From Gammaproteobacteria bacterium (GTDB lineage Bacteria; Pseudomonadota; Gammaproteobacteria; CBDBNL01; JAAOII01), in the NCBI GenBank assembly GCA_965209035.1, contig OZ242372.1, positions 1,888,001-1,952,000 on the forward strand: 64,000 nt of DNA, read 5' to 3'. Under the pieces are notes generated by a model. The model searched no databases. It saw nothing but the letters and a program-made list of their open reading frames with translations, and had not been told where the DNA came from. Shown here in pieces: positions 10,446 through 21,010 of this stretch (the stretch's first letter is position 1; the number at the start of each line of letters is the position of its first letter). The position numbers and the translations under genes are program-made.

Positions 10446-11717
10446 TCAAGGAGCCATAGCCGCCGTTTTTTTCATTTCATCGACATACCAGGAGACGAAA
10501 TGATCTACGAACACTTCGGCGGGCGAATAGGGTCCCGGGCGGTAGCCGGCGGAGAGAATTCCCCGGTAGTTCCGCTCCGCCAATCGGCGATCCTGATCAT
10601 TGGTTTGAGTCCAGCAGTGGGCCAGATGCTTAATGTCATAATCTTTTCCTTCCTCGGCATTTTCATCCACCAGCCATTTGGTGCGGACCAGTGTTTTGTC
10701 CTTGGACAAAGGTATCACCTTGAAGGTGGTGATGTGATCGCACATAAAGTGATGCCACGAGTTCGGGTAGGTCCATACGGACAGACTGCTACTTTCCGCG
10801 GCTTTGAAGGGAGCGAGCAATTTCTTGCACCCCAGTCGTCCGTCCGTGGTATGAGAAACTGCATTGTGTGCCAGCGGCAGGCGGGCTGCGCGAAACCACA
10901 GGTCGTCCGGAAATTCTACCGCTTTGTATGGCAGACCGACCGCCTCCCATTCCTTGCACTTGGCATCAAACAGCTTGTTAAACTCCTTGTCTTCGGCACA
11001 AACCTTTCCTTGATCATCCGGCAAGCCGTAGCCGAAACCATAGTCATACAAAGGTACCATTAATTCCGGGTGATTGCTGTTGCAATGGTAGCATTCGCGG
11101 TTGTTTTCCATTACCAATTTCCAATTTGTATTTTCCACGAGATCCGAGGTAAAGGCAACTTTGGTGTTCTCCATCCGATAGATGTCCAGATACTTGGACA
11201 GAATCTCTTTGACGCGCTTAATGGAATTCGGCGGAGATTCGCTCAGGCAGACAAAGAGAAGCCCGCCGATATTCTCCAATGCAATCTCTTTGAGACGATA
11301 CTTGGATGCGTCAAAATCCGGTGGCATTTGCGGTGCGTACAAGAGTTTTCCGTCCAGGTCGTAGGTCCATTGGTGATAAGGACAAACGATTTTTGCAAAC
11401 TGCCCGTTCACCGCATCGCATAGTTTGGAGCCGCGGTGACAGCAGGTGTTGTAAAAGGCGCGAATGTGCCCGGCATCGTCTTTGATGATGATGATAGGAT
11501 TTTCGGACAAATTGAAACTATAGTATGAGCCCGGTTCTCTAATATCGGCAACACAGGCAACATATACCCAGTTTTCGCGAAAGACAGATTCCATATCCAC
11601 ATCAAACATTTCGGGTTCGGTGTAGAAGGGAGAGGGCAAACTGTGGTTTTTTTGGTATTCGCCAAGCAAGCCGGTGAGTTGCCCGTTTAATTTTTGTGCG
11701 TGTTTTAAATGTTTCAT
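10446..11717 (-). CDS. gbcA: Glycine betaine monooxygenase Rieske oxygenase subunit
   Basis: Rieske CCHRG...CPYHQW, NWKLVMENNRECYHC..NHPEL, W..TNDQDRRL. Confidence 0.9.
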   Translation of the reverse strand: MKHLKHAQKLNGQLTGLLGEYQKNHSLPSPFYTEPEMFDVDMESVFRENWVYVACVADIREPGSYYSFNLSENPIIIIKDDAGHIRAFYNTCCHRGSKLCDAVNGQFAKIVCPYHQWTYDLDGKLLYAPQMPPDFDASKYRLKEIALENIGGLLFVCLSESPPNSIKRVKEILSKYLDIYRMENTKVAFTSDLVENTNWKLVMENNRECYHCNSNHPELMVPLYDYGFGYGLPDDQGKVCAEDKEFNKLFDAKCKEWEAVGLPYKAVEFPDDLWFRAARLPLAHNAVSHTTDGRLGCKKLLAPFKAAESSSLSVWTYPNSWHHFMCDHITTFKVIPLSKDKTLVRTKWLVDENAEEGKDYDIKHLAHCWTQTNDQDRRLAERNYRGILSAGYRPGPYSPAEVFVDHFVSWYVDEMKKTAAMAP

Positions 11718-11730
11718 AATGTTAGATACC

Positions 11731-12564
11731 TCATTTATTATTGTGATGATTATTGTGATCGGAAGTACAAACCTTCCGTTCTTTTAATATATTATAGACA
11801 AACTGTGCTTTTGCGCGAGCGTCCCCTTCTTTAAGAATATTCCCGCCGCCGGTCTGCAGAGAGATTGCACGTTGCATACGCTCAAACCCGCTGCGGTTGG
11901 AACGGACGGATAACCTGGCGCGCTTCTTTTGGGCGGGCGCATAATGCCAATTCGCCGACAGAGGCGAATTGAAAGAGGCGGAGTCAGCGGTGCGGGTGCC
12001 GGTGGGGTTGGAGTTATTAAAAGAAACTTCCCGAATCTCACCTTTGTGTTGCCTTGCCCAAACATATTGAATTTTTTGGAATGCCCGGGGATGCACTGTA
12101 ACAAACAGAGGCGGTGCCACCGTAAAGTCTCTGCGCCGACCTTTGGGCAGATATTGAGAGCAGTGCAGTTTGCCTGCTGATTCCTTAATGGAAACGATGC
12201 CGGAAATGAGCGGATAGCCCAACCTTTCCGCCAGCATGTAGGGCAGGAGACCACTGCCTATGCCGCCAAGGGCCCGCATCCCGGCAACTACAAGCGCCGG
12301 TTTGTTTTTGGAAAGGTATTCCGCAAGAGAATGGACAGTCTCGTCCGTTTTTTCGGTCTTGATGACATCAAGCGCCGGGATGCCATAACCAAGATATGTG
12401 TGCAAAGCGGGATGCCCGGGGGCGCCGACATGCAGCGCGGAAAAATCCGGGAATGCCTCGGTCACCAAAGACAGAGCGCGCAGATCGTTGGGCGAACAAA
12501 TTTCCTTGCCGGACAAGGGGTGTTTTGCCAGGCTGAGCAGGACCAAAGGTTTGACAGGGTTCAT
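11731..12564 (-). CDS. Electron transfer flavoprotein beta-like subunit (dgc cluster)
   Basis: HPLSG and GIGSGLLPYMLAE; overlaps the ETF-alpha stop; matches the Pseudomonas dgc operon layout. Confidence 0.8.
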   Translation of the reverse strand: MNPVKPLVLLSLAKHPLSGKEICSPNDLRALSLVTEAFPDFSALHVGAPGHPALHTYLGYGIPALDVIKTEKTDETVHSLAEYLSKNKPALVVAGMRALGGIGSGLLPYMLAERLGYPLISGIVSIKESAGKLHCSQYLPKGRRRDFTVAPPLFVTVHPRAFQKIQYVWARQHKGEIREVSFNNSNPTGTRTADSASFNSPLSANWHYAPAQKKRARLSVRSNRSGFERMQRAISLQTGGGNILKEGDARAKAQFVYNILKERKVCTSDHNNHHNNK

Positions 12565-13700
12565 GCCACTTGTTTCTTGTGATGGGTTTCGCCGATCAAC
12601 TCAAGCATGGCATCCATCCATTCGCCGGCGTCACAAATGACAGCCAGATCCGCTCGTTTGACCATATCGCAACTGTCATCCGTATTGACCGCCACAACAT
12701 AGCGACAGTCTTTTATTCCTTGCAGATGCTGGACGGCACCGGAGATACCGACCGCGATGTAAACCCCCGCATTGACGGTGCTACCTGTGGCACCCACCTG
12801 ACAGGAACGCGGTAACTTGCCGTCATCTACCACAACCCGACTGCCACCGACCGATGCTTGCATCGCTTTGGACAATCGTAAAAACTTGTCAAAATCTTTA
12901 ATGCCGTTACCGCCGGCAAGAATGAAATTGGCTTCTTCCAAAGGCACCTCCGCGGCGGACAGGGTACGCATGCTCCCGGTGATACCGGCGGCGGGCGTTG
13001 CCGAGTTTGCCACCGTATCACTGTCGGCGGTTGCCAGCGGTTTGGCTTCGGTTTCAAAATCAAAATCCGTTTCCGCGGTCCCGCTGTTTAGAACCAAGAT
13101 GTCGGTGAGTTTGTGCGTGCCTTCCTGCCAACCGTTATCACAAAAACGCCGAACCGTTTCATCGTCCAGTTCAATGACACCCGGCGCGATACTCATTTGG
13201 GTGCGCACCGCCAAGCGGCGAGCGAGATCGCTGTCCCCTGCGTCGCTTTCGCCGAACAGGATATGTTCCGGTTTTATTTTTTTTATTAACTTTTCCAATT
13301 GGTCGATCTTTTCCTCCGGCGCATAGCCGTCGTACTTGTCTTCGTCCAAGCAAAGTACTCTGTCGGCGCCGTAATTTTTTAAGTCCGCCGCGATCTTGCC
13401 AAAGATAACCGCCGCCACCGCCGTATCCTGTGTGCGCCCCGCCAAGACACGACCGACATAAAGGACTTCGCGATCCAGATTGGAGAGGACACCATCCCGG
13501 CTGTGTAAGCAAACCAGGATATATTGTTTTGGCTCCCGAATAACGATTGTGGGTTTGTGTTCTTTCCGGGCGTGAGAAGACAGCGGGGCGGATGCATTTT
13601 GTGCGGTACGGCTTTTGCCGCGGGCAATGCGTTTGCGACCGCTTGAGCCGAGAAACCCCTTGTTTTCGGCGTGCGGATCCGGGCGTCTGAGGCGTTTCAC
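12561..13700 (-). CDS. Electron transfer flavoprotein alpha subunit
   Basis: VGGSRVVVD, QVGATG and YIAVGISGAVQHLQGI FAD-binding motifs. Confidence 0.9.
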   Translation of the reverse strand: MKRLRRPDPHAENKGFLGSSGRKRIARGKSRTAQNASAPLSSHARKEHKPTIVIREPKQYILVCLHSRDGVLSNLDREVLYVGRVLAGRTQDTAVAAVIFGKIAADLKNYGADRVLCLDEDKYDGYAPEEKIDQLEKLIKKIKPEHILFGESDAGDSDLARRLAVRTQMSIAPGVIELDDETVRRFCDNGWQEGTHKLTDILVLNSGTAETDFDFETEAKPLATADSDTVANSATPAAGITGSMRTLSAAEVPLEEANFILAGGNGIKDFDKFLRLSKAMQASVGGSRVVVDDGKLPRSCQVGATGSTVNAGVYIAVGISGAVQHLQGIKDCRYVVAVNTDDSCDMVKRADLAVICDAGEWMDAMLELIGETHHKKQVA

Positions 13701-15622
13701 AGGCTAACCGCGCGTGCGGTAACTTCCGCGATGTCGGCAACTTCCGGACCGGGTTCTGTGACACCGTCTAACATAGTCATACAATTCGGGCAGGAAACAA
13801 CCAGTGTTTCCGCTCCCGTGCGTCTGGCATCTTCCATGCGCATGTCCGGTATCCTGCGTTTGCCCGGAATGTCCGAAAAGGCGGCACCGCCTCCCCAGCC
13901 GCAACAGCGCGAACGCATGCCGGAGCGTTCCATCTCGGTTGCATCCGTAACGATCTTTTGCAGTAGTTTGCGCGGCGCATCCGTAATACCGTTATATCGT
14001 CCCAGATAACAAGGGTCATGGTAGGTGTACTTTTTGTCGGAAATTTTTTCCCGAACGGTGAGTTTGTTTTCTTCCAGCAGTTGCAGTAGAAATTCGGTGT
14101 GATGATAAACATCATAATGACCGCCATATTGGGAATACTCGTTTTTCAGAGAGTGGTATACATGCGGATCCGCGGTCAAAATTTTCTTGAATTGATAAGA
14201 AGCAAGCAGTCGTATGTTCTTGCGGACCATTTTTTCAAACAAAGATTCTTCGCCAACTCTGCGGGCGAAATCGCCGATATCCGCTTCGCGCAGATCCGGT
14301 ATGGCGAATTCTGTGCCCGCTTTTTGCAGCAACTGCGCCACAAGTCTTAGCGTCTTTTGATGTCTTAATTCAAAAGCGGCTTCGCCCGGCCAGAATAAAA
14401 CTTCCGTTTCTTCGCCGTCCTGCAACACCCGCACTCCGAGATCCAAAGCCCAGTTGGCTCGCTGTTTGGGGTCATGTCCGCCGAGGTTTTCCGTGTGTCG
14501 CAGGTTTTCCAATACCTCAAAAGTTTTTTCGGGGATATTGCCGCGGCGCATTGTCAGATCACGGCGAATGTCTGTGATGGCATCCACATGTTCAATCATC
14601 ATCGGACATTCCCGGACACAGGCGCGACAACCGGTGCAAGACCAAATGGTATCCTCTTCCACAAGTTCGGAGACGATGGGGCTGTCCGCGTTGCCGCCGT
14701 GCTGTCCGAGGGCGATGCCCGGTGTCGGACTGCCCGCATAGGAGAGGTCATTGCGGTTCTCCATGCCGGCAACAAAATCTTGAATCAATTTTTTGGGGTT
14801 GAGCGGTTGTTCGGCCGCAAAGGCCGGACAGGCTTCCTCGCATTTTCCGCATTCCACACATGCGTCAAAACTGAGCAAGCGATTCCACTCGAAATCTCGG
14901 AGTGTTTGGACACCCGGGCTCTTGTCTTGGTCGGTCGGCCATTGCACCGGTTTCAGGGAGGCGGATAAAAATCCCTTTTTCTTAAATCTGTCTTGGCGCG
15001 GATGAAATGCCAGATGCAAGGAACCGGAAAGGAGATGCTTAAAAGGACGATTGAGCAAACTCCCGCCGGCAATTTCCAAAATACCCAACGCGGCAAGAAG
15101 AGACAACAGAATCGGAGTGAGTGGGTGCAGATTGTCGGTCGCAATATAGCCGGCATGAATGAGTGTTAAGCCGCCGAAACCCATGGCAAAAGAGAGGAGG
15201 GCAATTGGGACGCCGTTCCATTTGCCGCGCGACAACCGGGATGGCTTGCCGGCTCGCCGCTTCCACACAAAGACACCGCCGATGAGGGCGGACAGCAGGG
15301 CAATAAAAAAACAGGCATAAACAATTTGGGAATTCATACCGAATACATACAGAGGGATCATCAAGATGATCGATGCCACCACTCCGCCGGCTGCGGCTAC
15401 ATGTGTATGGGCGATATAGGGATCGCGCATCACAATGTGGTGCAGGTCAACCAGATACCGTTTGGGAATTCTTAACAGAAGTTTCCACTCCGGTTTGGGT
15501 TCCGGTCGCCCGAGTCGCCACAATCGGACGCGCTTTAGAATCCCGGCCGCAAAACCAAGCACTGCCAAGGCAAGCAGCAGGGCGGGCAGATAGGGCAGAT
15601 ATTGTGTTAGAAATCCTTGCAT
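13697..15622 (-). CDS. dgcB: Dimethylglycine catabolism protein B (membrane Fe-S/CCG oxidoreductase)
   Basis: N-terminal TM region, CVECGKCEEACP, CTGCRACVRECP, HDPCYLGRYNG, CCGWGGG. Start 15622 is preferred to 15673. Confidence 0.9.
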   Translation of the reverse strand: MQGFLTQYLPYLPALLLALAVLGFAAGILKRVRLWRLGRPEPKPEWKLLLRIPKRYLVDLHHIVMRDPYIAHTHVAAAGGVVASIILMIPLYVFGMNSQIVYACFFIALLSALIGGVFVWKRRAGKPSRLSRGKWNGVPIALLSFAMGFGGLTLIHAGYIATDNLHPLTPILLSLLAALGILEIAGGSLLNRPFKHLLSGSLHLAFHPRQDRFKKKGFLSASLKPVQWPTDQDKSPGVQTLRDFEWNRLLSFDACVECGKCEEACPAFAAEQPLNPKKLIQDFVAGMENRNDLSYAGSPTPGIALGQHGGNADSPIVSELVEEDTIWSCTGCRACVRECPMMIEHVDAITDIRRDLTMRRGNIPEKTFEVLENLRHTENLGGHDPKQRANWALDLGVRVLQDGEETEVLFWPGEAAFELRHQKTLRLVAQLLQKAGTEFAIPDLREADIGDFARRVGEESLFEKMVRKNIRLLASYQFKKILTADPHVYHSLKNEYSQYGGHYDVYHHTEFLLQLLEENKLTVREKISDKKYTYHDPCYLGRYNGITDAPRKLLQKIVTDATEMERSGMRSRCCGWGGGAAFSDIPGKRRIPDMRMEDARRTGAETLVVSCPNCMTMLDGVTEPGPEVADIAEVTARAVSL

Positions 15623-17664
15623 AGTCTCAACGAATCGTAAAGGGCACCGTGGATGTTGTGCATGGAAATACAATCACCGACACGAAACAACACAAATCCC
15701 TTTTTTGCTCCCGCTTCCAAACATTTTTGCGGTCTGTTGGCATAGAGATCCTCAATGTCGGTAATCCCTTTGTTGTGCGATTCTTCCCGCAGAGCATGGT
15801 AGAGTGTTTCGTTTGGGACAATCCCGTTTTCTATGATCACCTGGTCTGTCTCGCGTTCCTCTTCGGCATCCGTGTATTCGTTTTGTATGACCGCGATGCA
15901 CTTATCTTTTTCTTTGTAAACTTCAATCAGCCAATAGTTGGGCGTGAGAATGACTTGCTGTGCATACAGACGCCGATACATAATCGGAAAAGTCGTTCCG
16001 CCGACATCGTCTGCTACCTTTGTTTCCGGCGTGATTATTTCTACCTGCGCGCCTTTTGCCGCAACAAAGTCTGCCAGCCCGGCACCGGCATGCTGTCCCA
16101 TACCGTCATAAATCAAAACATTTTTTGCCGGCTTCACCTTTCCGTTGAGGATATCCCAAGAAGAGACGGACAAACCTTCCGCATGCCCCCACTTTTTCTC
16201 CGAATGAATATTTTCCAGACCACCTGTTGCCAAAACAACAATATCCGGCTCTTCGGCTTTGATTGCCGAAGCATCGGCTGCTGTGCCGAGGCGAATATCC
16301 GTTCCCAAACGCTTAAGTTCCAAATCATACCAGCGGATAATTCCCGCCATCTGGTCTCTTTGCGGCACCCGCGCCGCCAGGTTCACCTGCCCGCCAATTT
16401 CCTCGTTCTTTTCAAAGAGGATGACCGCGTGTCCCCGCTCGCGGCTGACACGCGCCGCTTCCAGCCCGGCCGGTCCGGCCCCAACCACCAGAATACGCCG
16501 CATCTTTTTGTTGCTTCGGGCGATGATGTGCGGCATGGTTTGTTCGCGCCCGGTGGCGGCATTTTGAACGCAGAGAACATCCAAACCCATATACTGCCGA
16601 TCAATGCAATAGTTTGCCCCCACACATTGTTTGATGCGCGTTTCTTGTCCGTCGCGAATCTTGTTAATCAGATGCGGATCCGCGATCTGCCCTCTGGTCA
16701 TGCCGACCAGATCTACGAGGCCCTGTGCCAGAATCCGCTCCGCTTGTTGCGGGTCTCGCACACCCTGGGCATGCATGACCGGAATATTCACGCGGGAGCG
16801 AATCCCCGCCGCCAGATGCAAGAAGGGTTCGGGCGGCAGAGCCATGGGAGGCATGCAGTTCGCCAGGGTGTTATGTGTGTCCGCGCCGGAGCCGACAACA
16901 CTGATGAAGTCAATCATCTTTGTCTCTGCCATTTCTTGAGCGATGTCTTTAAGGGTATCGTGGTCCAAACCGTCCGGATGAAACTCATCGCCGCACATCC
17001 GCAGGCCCACACAAAAATCGGCGCCCACTTTTTCGCGAATGGCTTCAAATACCTGTTTGCCGAAACGCATCCGTTTTTTTAAGTCGCCGCCGTATTCGTC
17101 CGTGCGCTTATTGCTGCGGGGACTCCAGAATTGATCAATCAGATGTTGATGGGCCGCCGAGATCTCGACGCCATCCATACCGGATTGACGAACACGCTCC
17201 GTAGCATCCGCATAATCCTTAATAATTCTTTTGATCTCGTGTTTTTCGATGGTCTTGCAAAAACCGCGATGGACGGGTTCGCGAATCCCGCTGGGACTGA
17301 CAAGATGCGGCCAGTGGTTGCCGAAGTAATTGGTGCGCCTTCCCATGTGGGTGGCTTGGATCATGATTTTGGCTTTGAACTTATGCATGGCATCGGCCAA
17401 GTTCGCCAAATGGGGAATCACTTCGTCCGTTGCCAGGCGAACGGAACTCCACCATTCCCATGGACTGTCTTTGGAGACCGGGCTGGAGCCGCCGCAGATA
17501 GCAAGCGACAAGCCGCCTTTGGCTTTTTCTTCGTAATATTTGATATAACGCTCTTTGGGAAATCCGTTTTCTGCATAGACTTCCGCATGTGCGGTGCTGA
17601 TGATACGATTTGTAATCGTTACTTTGTTGAGAGTGATTGGAGTGAAAATGTGTTTGTAAGACAT
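15607..17664 (-). CDS. dgcA: Dimethylglycine catabolism protein A (NADH:flavin oxidoreductase)
   Basis: STAHAEVYAE, HQHLIDQFWSPR.N.RTDEYGG, CVGANYCIDRQY, VVGAGPAGLEAAR. Confidence 0.92.
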   Translation of the reverse strand: MSYKHIFTPITLNKVTITNRIISTAHAEVYAENGFPKERYIKYYEEKAKGGLSLAICGGSSPVSKDSPWEWWSSVRLATDEVIPHLANLADAMHKFKAKIMIQATHMGRRTNYFGNHWPHLVSPSGIREPVHRGFCKTIEKHEIKRIIKDYADATERVRQSGMDGVEISAAHQHLIDQFWSPRSNKRTDEYGGDLKKRMRFGKQVFEAIREKVGADFCVGLRMCGDEFHPDGLDHDTLKDIAQEMAETKMIDFISVVGSGADTHNTLANCMPPMALPPEPFLHLAAGIRSRVNIPVMHAQGVRDPQQAERILAQGLVDLVGMTRGQIADPHLINKIRDGQETRIKQCVGANYCIDRQYMGLDVLCVQNAATGREQTMPHIIARSNKKMRRILVVGAGPAGLEAARVSRERGHAVILFEKNEEIGGQVNLAARVPQRDQMAGIIRWYDLELKRLGTDIRLGTAADASAIKAEEPDIVVLATGGLENIHSEKKWGHAEGLSVSSWDILNGKVKPAKNVLIYDGMGQHAGAGLADFVAAKGAQVEIITPETKVADDVGGTTFPIMYRRLYAQQVILTPNYWLIEVYKEKDKCIAVIQNEYTDAEEERETDQVIIENGIVPNETLYHALREESHNKGITDIEDLYANRPQKCLEAGAKKGFVLFRVGDCISMHNIHGALYDSLRLCKDF

Positions 17665-17676
17665 GGCTGTGTGTGG

Positions 17677-18333
17677 CTATGTGTGACCTATTTCGTATAA
17701 ACAAAAATCTTTTTCCGGTGCCGCGTCTTCCGGGGAAACTGTATCCTCACATGCGCTCCCGGAGGCACCCTCAAAGGCACCCCCAAATGCGCCCCCAAAT
17801 GCACAATGCGTCTCCCGGCATTGAAAGGCACGAAAATCATCCGGTTTATCGTCCTGTTCCGCCACCCAGTCCGCAGCCCCGGCAAACCAGCCGGCAAACA
17901 TATAGCAAAGCGTCTTGCCTTCGCTGCTTTTTTTGCCCGGTTCGGGAAACTTGCGCGCATGCAAAACAAAAGCGGAATAGTCCAAACGAATGACCAAAGG
18001 CGGATTGTGATGGTTATCCCGCCCCGCAACAAAAGAGAAACGCCCCCAACCGCGCAGGGATAGCCTTTGCAGATAATGCCGAAAGACATCCATTCCCTTC
18101 AACCCGTGTTGCCGGGCTTCGTGGGTGCACCATTGATAAGCGGATTTGTAACCGGCTTGCCCCAGAATTTTTTCATATTCTTCTCTGCCAATAATCCGCT
18201 CAATGGCATCGTGGTTATTGACGAAAAAATGCCGCGGGACATACAGCATCGGCAGGCCGTCCGTCTGCCATACGCCCGTCTTGGCGTCAACTTCAATCGG
18301 AAGAGACGGTTTATTCACCCCAGATTTCTTCAA
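17677..18333 (-). CDS. V4R (4-vinyl reductase)-domain protein of the dgc operon
   Basis: PIEVD..TGVW.TDGLPMLYVPRHFFVNNH, LSLRGWG, YMFAGWFAGA; sits between the dipeptidase and dgcA as in Pseudomonas. Confidence 0.85.
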   Translation of the reverse strand: MKKSGVNKPSLPIEVDAKTGVWQTDGLPMLYVPRHFFVNNHDAIERIIGREEYEKILGQAGYKSAYQWCTHEARQHGLKGMDVFRHYLQRLSLRGWGRFSFVAGRDNHHNPPLVIRLDYSAFVLHARKFPEPGKKSSEGKTLCYMFAGWFAGAADWVAEQDDKPDDFRAFQCRETHCAFGGAFGGAFEGASGSACEDTVSPEDAAPEKDFCLYEIGHT

Positions 18334-19288
18334 GGAGATTCACCCAATTCAATCCCATCAAGCGTTCAATCTTGGTTTCCGACCAGCCGGCCTTTTGCAT
18401 GGCCGCGGTGAGATTCGGAAAATCGCCTATGACACGCATACCCTCGGGGTTGACAATTTCGCCAAACTCCGTCAGTTTGCGTCCGTACCCTTTGTCGCGG
18501 GTAATCCAATCAAAGAAATCGGGACCATAACCCTGGGTGAAATCCGTGCCGATGCCAACCCGCTCCTCGCCGACGATGTTGACCACATAGTCAATGGCGG
18601 CAACATAGTCGCCGACTGTGGAATGGACTCCTTTGGGCAAGAACGGGGCGAACATCGTCACCCCCACAAAGCCGTCCCTTTTGGCGATGAACTTCAGATC
18701 TGCGTCGCTCTTGTTGCGCGGATGCTCCTTTAATCCCGCCGGCAGACAGTGCGAATAGCAGACAGGTTGGCGGGATGCTTCTATGATATCGCGGGCACTC
18801 TTGGCACCCACATGCGAGAGATCGCAAAGGATACCGACCCGATTCATCTCCGCCACAACATCTCTGCCGTAATCGGAAAGGCCTTTGTCTTCTTCGTAGC
18901 AGCCCGTGCAAATTAAATTTTGCGTGTTGTATGCCATTTGAACGATGCTGACACCGACCTGTTTGAACAGGTCTATGTAGCCAAGTTTGTCTTCAAACGC
19001 ATGCGCATTTTGAAAGCCGAGGATGATGCCGGTCTTGTTTTTTTGTTTTGCCGTTCGGATATCCGCCGCCGTTTTTACTTGCGACAGTATTTCCGAATGT
19101 TTGGCAATATGGCCGCGCATGGCGGCAATATTATTCATTGTTTCTTGGAAGCCTTCCCATACGGACACTGTGCAGTTGGCAGCGGTAATGCCGCCGCGTC
19201 GCATGTCCCGGAAAACGGATTCCTCCCAACGAGAGATGATCAAACCGTCTATGACGATGATCCGGTCGTGTAAATTGGTTGTGTTCAT
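18311..19288 (-). CDS. Membrane dipeptidase family (M19) protein of the dgc operon
   Basis: IDGLIIS, ILCDLSHVG, HPRNKSD, VGIGTDFTQG. Confidence 0.9.
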   Translation of the reverse strand: MNTTNLHDRIIVIDGLIISRWEESVFRDMRRGGITAANCTVSVWEGFQETMNNIAAMRGHIAKHSEILSQVKTAADIRTAKQKNKTGIILGFQNAHAFEDKLGYIDLFKQVGVSIVQMAYNTQNLICTGCYEEDKGLSDYGRDVVAEMNRVGILCDLSHVGAKSARDIIEASRQPVCYSHCLPAGLKEHPRNKSDADLKFIAKRDGFVGVTMFAPFLPKGVHSTVGDYVAAIDYVVNIVGEERVGIGTDFTQGYGPDFFDWITRDKGYGRKLTEFGEIVNPEGMRVIGDFPNLTAAMQKAGWSETKIERLMGLNWVNLLEEIWGE

Positions 19289-19579
19289 GTTTTTTTGTTT
19301 TTTATTTTTTAATGATTAAATATAGAGATTGGGCTTATTAAAGATAAAAGATTTTTCCATCCTGTTCTCTCGCCATAGAAGTGGAAAAGAGCAGTAGAAA
19401 AGAGCATGGAAAAGAGCATGGAGACGAAAGGCGAAATATAAAAAATAGGAAGACGGGCGCGACTGTTCGCATAAATCGTTTCTTCCCGGTTTCCAAAAAC
19501 ATCTCCAAAAATGTTTCCGGGAAAAACTGCTTCCGTAAAAGTCCATTGGGTTATTTTACCACTTTGGAGAATGTTTTAT

Positions 19580-20329
19580 TTATAAAGAATAAACGGAAAG
19601 AATTTCCGCCGCATCCAACGAGGATCCCCCAACCAGCAGGCCGTCAATGTTCGGTTGGCAGATAAACCCGACCGAGTTGTTGGCCTTGACACTGCCACCG
19701 TAAAGCACGGCCGGCTCATAATCTGTTTGCTGCCGAACATCTTGTTTGATGTTGGTATGAATCTTATTGACGAGTTCGGGAGATGCCGCCAGGCCGGTGC
19801 CAATCGCCCAGACGGGTTCGTAAGCGATCCGGGGCGGATGGGCAATCTTTTTGCCGGCCGACAAAAAACGCAGAAGCGGTCTGAGTTGCTCTTTAAGAAC
19901 GGCGTCCGTCTTGCCGGCACGATATGCGTCTTCTGTTTCTCCTATGCAGAACACGGAAGTGAGATGTTGACTTTCCGCCAGTTCCAATTTGGCAAACAAA
20001 AGGTCATCGTTTTCGTTGAACAGGGCGCGCCTTTCCGAATGTCCTGTGAGAACATAACGGCAACCGAGATCTGCGAGCATGCCGCCGTGCACTTCGCCCG
20101 TGTAGGCACCGCTTCCGTAGGGGCTGAGGTTTTGCCCGCCGAGAAAGATTTCCTGCCGTTCCAATAGTTCGCCGAGAAGTTCACGAAACAAGGAAAGATA
20201 CACAAAGGGCGGACAGATGACAAACCGTCGATCTTCGCGCGGTTCAAACTTTGCTCGGGTTAATTGACACCACTCGGCAATCGCTTGTTGATTGCCGTTT
20301 GATTTCCAGTTGGCGATGATGTATTTCAT
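19580..20329 (-). CDS. tpiA: Triosephosphate isomerase
   Basis: NWK, GAYTGE, GHSERR, IAYEPVWAIGTG, LYGGSV. Confidence 0.97.
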   Translation of the reverse strand: MKYIIANWKSNGNQQAIAEWCQLTRAKFEPREDRRFVICPPFVYLSLFRELLGELLERQEIFLGGQNLSPYGSGAYTGEVHGGMLADLGCRYVLTGHSERRALFNENDDLLFAKLELAESQHLTSVFCIGETEDAYRAGKTDAVLKEQLRPLLRFLSAGKKIAHPPRIAYEPVWAIGTGLAASPELVNKIHTNIKQDVRQQTDYEPAVLYGGSVKANNSVGFICQPNIDGLLVGGSSLDAAEILSVYSL

Positions 20330-20342
20330 TTTTCGGTAAGGG

Positions 20343-20927
20343 TTATTTTACATTTTTTACGACAGAGGCGGCGGCATTGACTACCGCCCGGGATGTAATA
20401 GTGGCGCCTGTCAGCGAATCAAAATCTCCGCCGTTTTGTTTCAGTTGCCAGACAGTATCCGCGGTGCGGTCATTAAACTGCAGGACCCAGTCGGATTTTT
20501 CGCGGTCAATCTTGTCGCCCAGACCGGGCGTTTCCGAGTGAGCGGTGACGCGCAACGAGACAAGCGAGCCGTTGTTTGCAACGGCGGCGAGCATCTCAAT
20601 GTTACCGCTGTAACCCGCGTCCGTTCTTGCGGGAAGGATCGTCCCGACGGGCACGCCGTTTTTTAGAATGTCATACCCGGCTGTCGGGCTGCCCTTGCCT
20701 GAGAATTGCAACTCGTCCTCCTTGCCAAACGAGGAGCCCAGCACAAGCAGAATCTGCCGCTCGTATTCCGCTTTGCCGCGGGCAATCGGTTCCAGAGTGA
20801 GCACATAAAAAGCGAACACCAAACTCATCGTAAGCAGGGCAAACACACCGAGCGCGGCCGCGTTGGACAGGGGCGGGATGAACGGCGATGTTAATCCGCT
20901 TTTATTCTGTGAGTCTTTGTTTGTCAT
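20343..20927 (-). CDS. rnfG: Rnf electron transport complex subunit G
   Basis: GYSG.I, HSETPGLGDKI, FMN-attachment motif DSLTGATITS. Confidence 0.92.
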   Translation of the reverse strand: MTNKDSQNKSGLTSPFIPPLSNAAALGVFALLTMSLVFAFYVLTLEPIARGKAEYERQILLVLGSSFGKEDELQFSGKGSPTAGYDILKNGVPVGTILPARTDAGYSGNIEMLAAVANNGSLVSLRVTAHSETPGLGDKIDREKSDWVLQFNDRTADTVWQLKQNGGDFDSLTGATITSRAVVNAAASVVKNVK

Positions 20928-21010
20928 ATGTTCCGTCTATTCCATTCCTTTTGGGCTGCCTGTGTTCTTTTTAAATGTTTCAATTTTTTTCTGTGCGGAT
21001 ATTTTGTGTC

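Noticed and set aside
14084-14094. AATTTCTACTG on the minus strand resembling a Cas12a repeat handle
   Set aside because: It lies inside dgcB, has no closing GTAGAT stem and occurs once.
15649-17082. 477-aa plus-strand ORF
   Set aside because: Antisense shadow of dgcA with no recognisable motifs.
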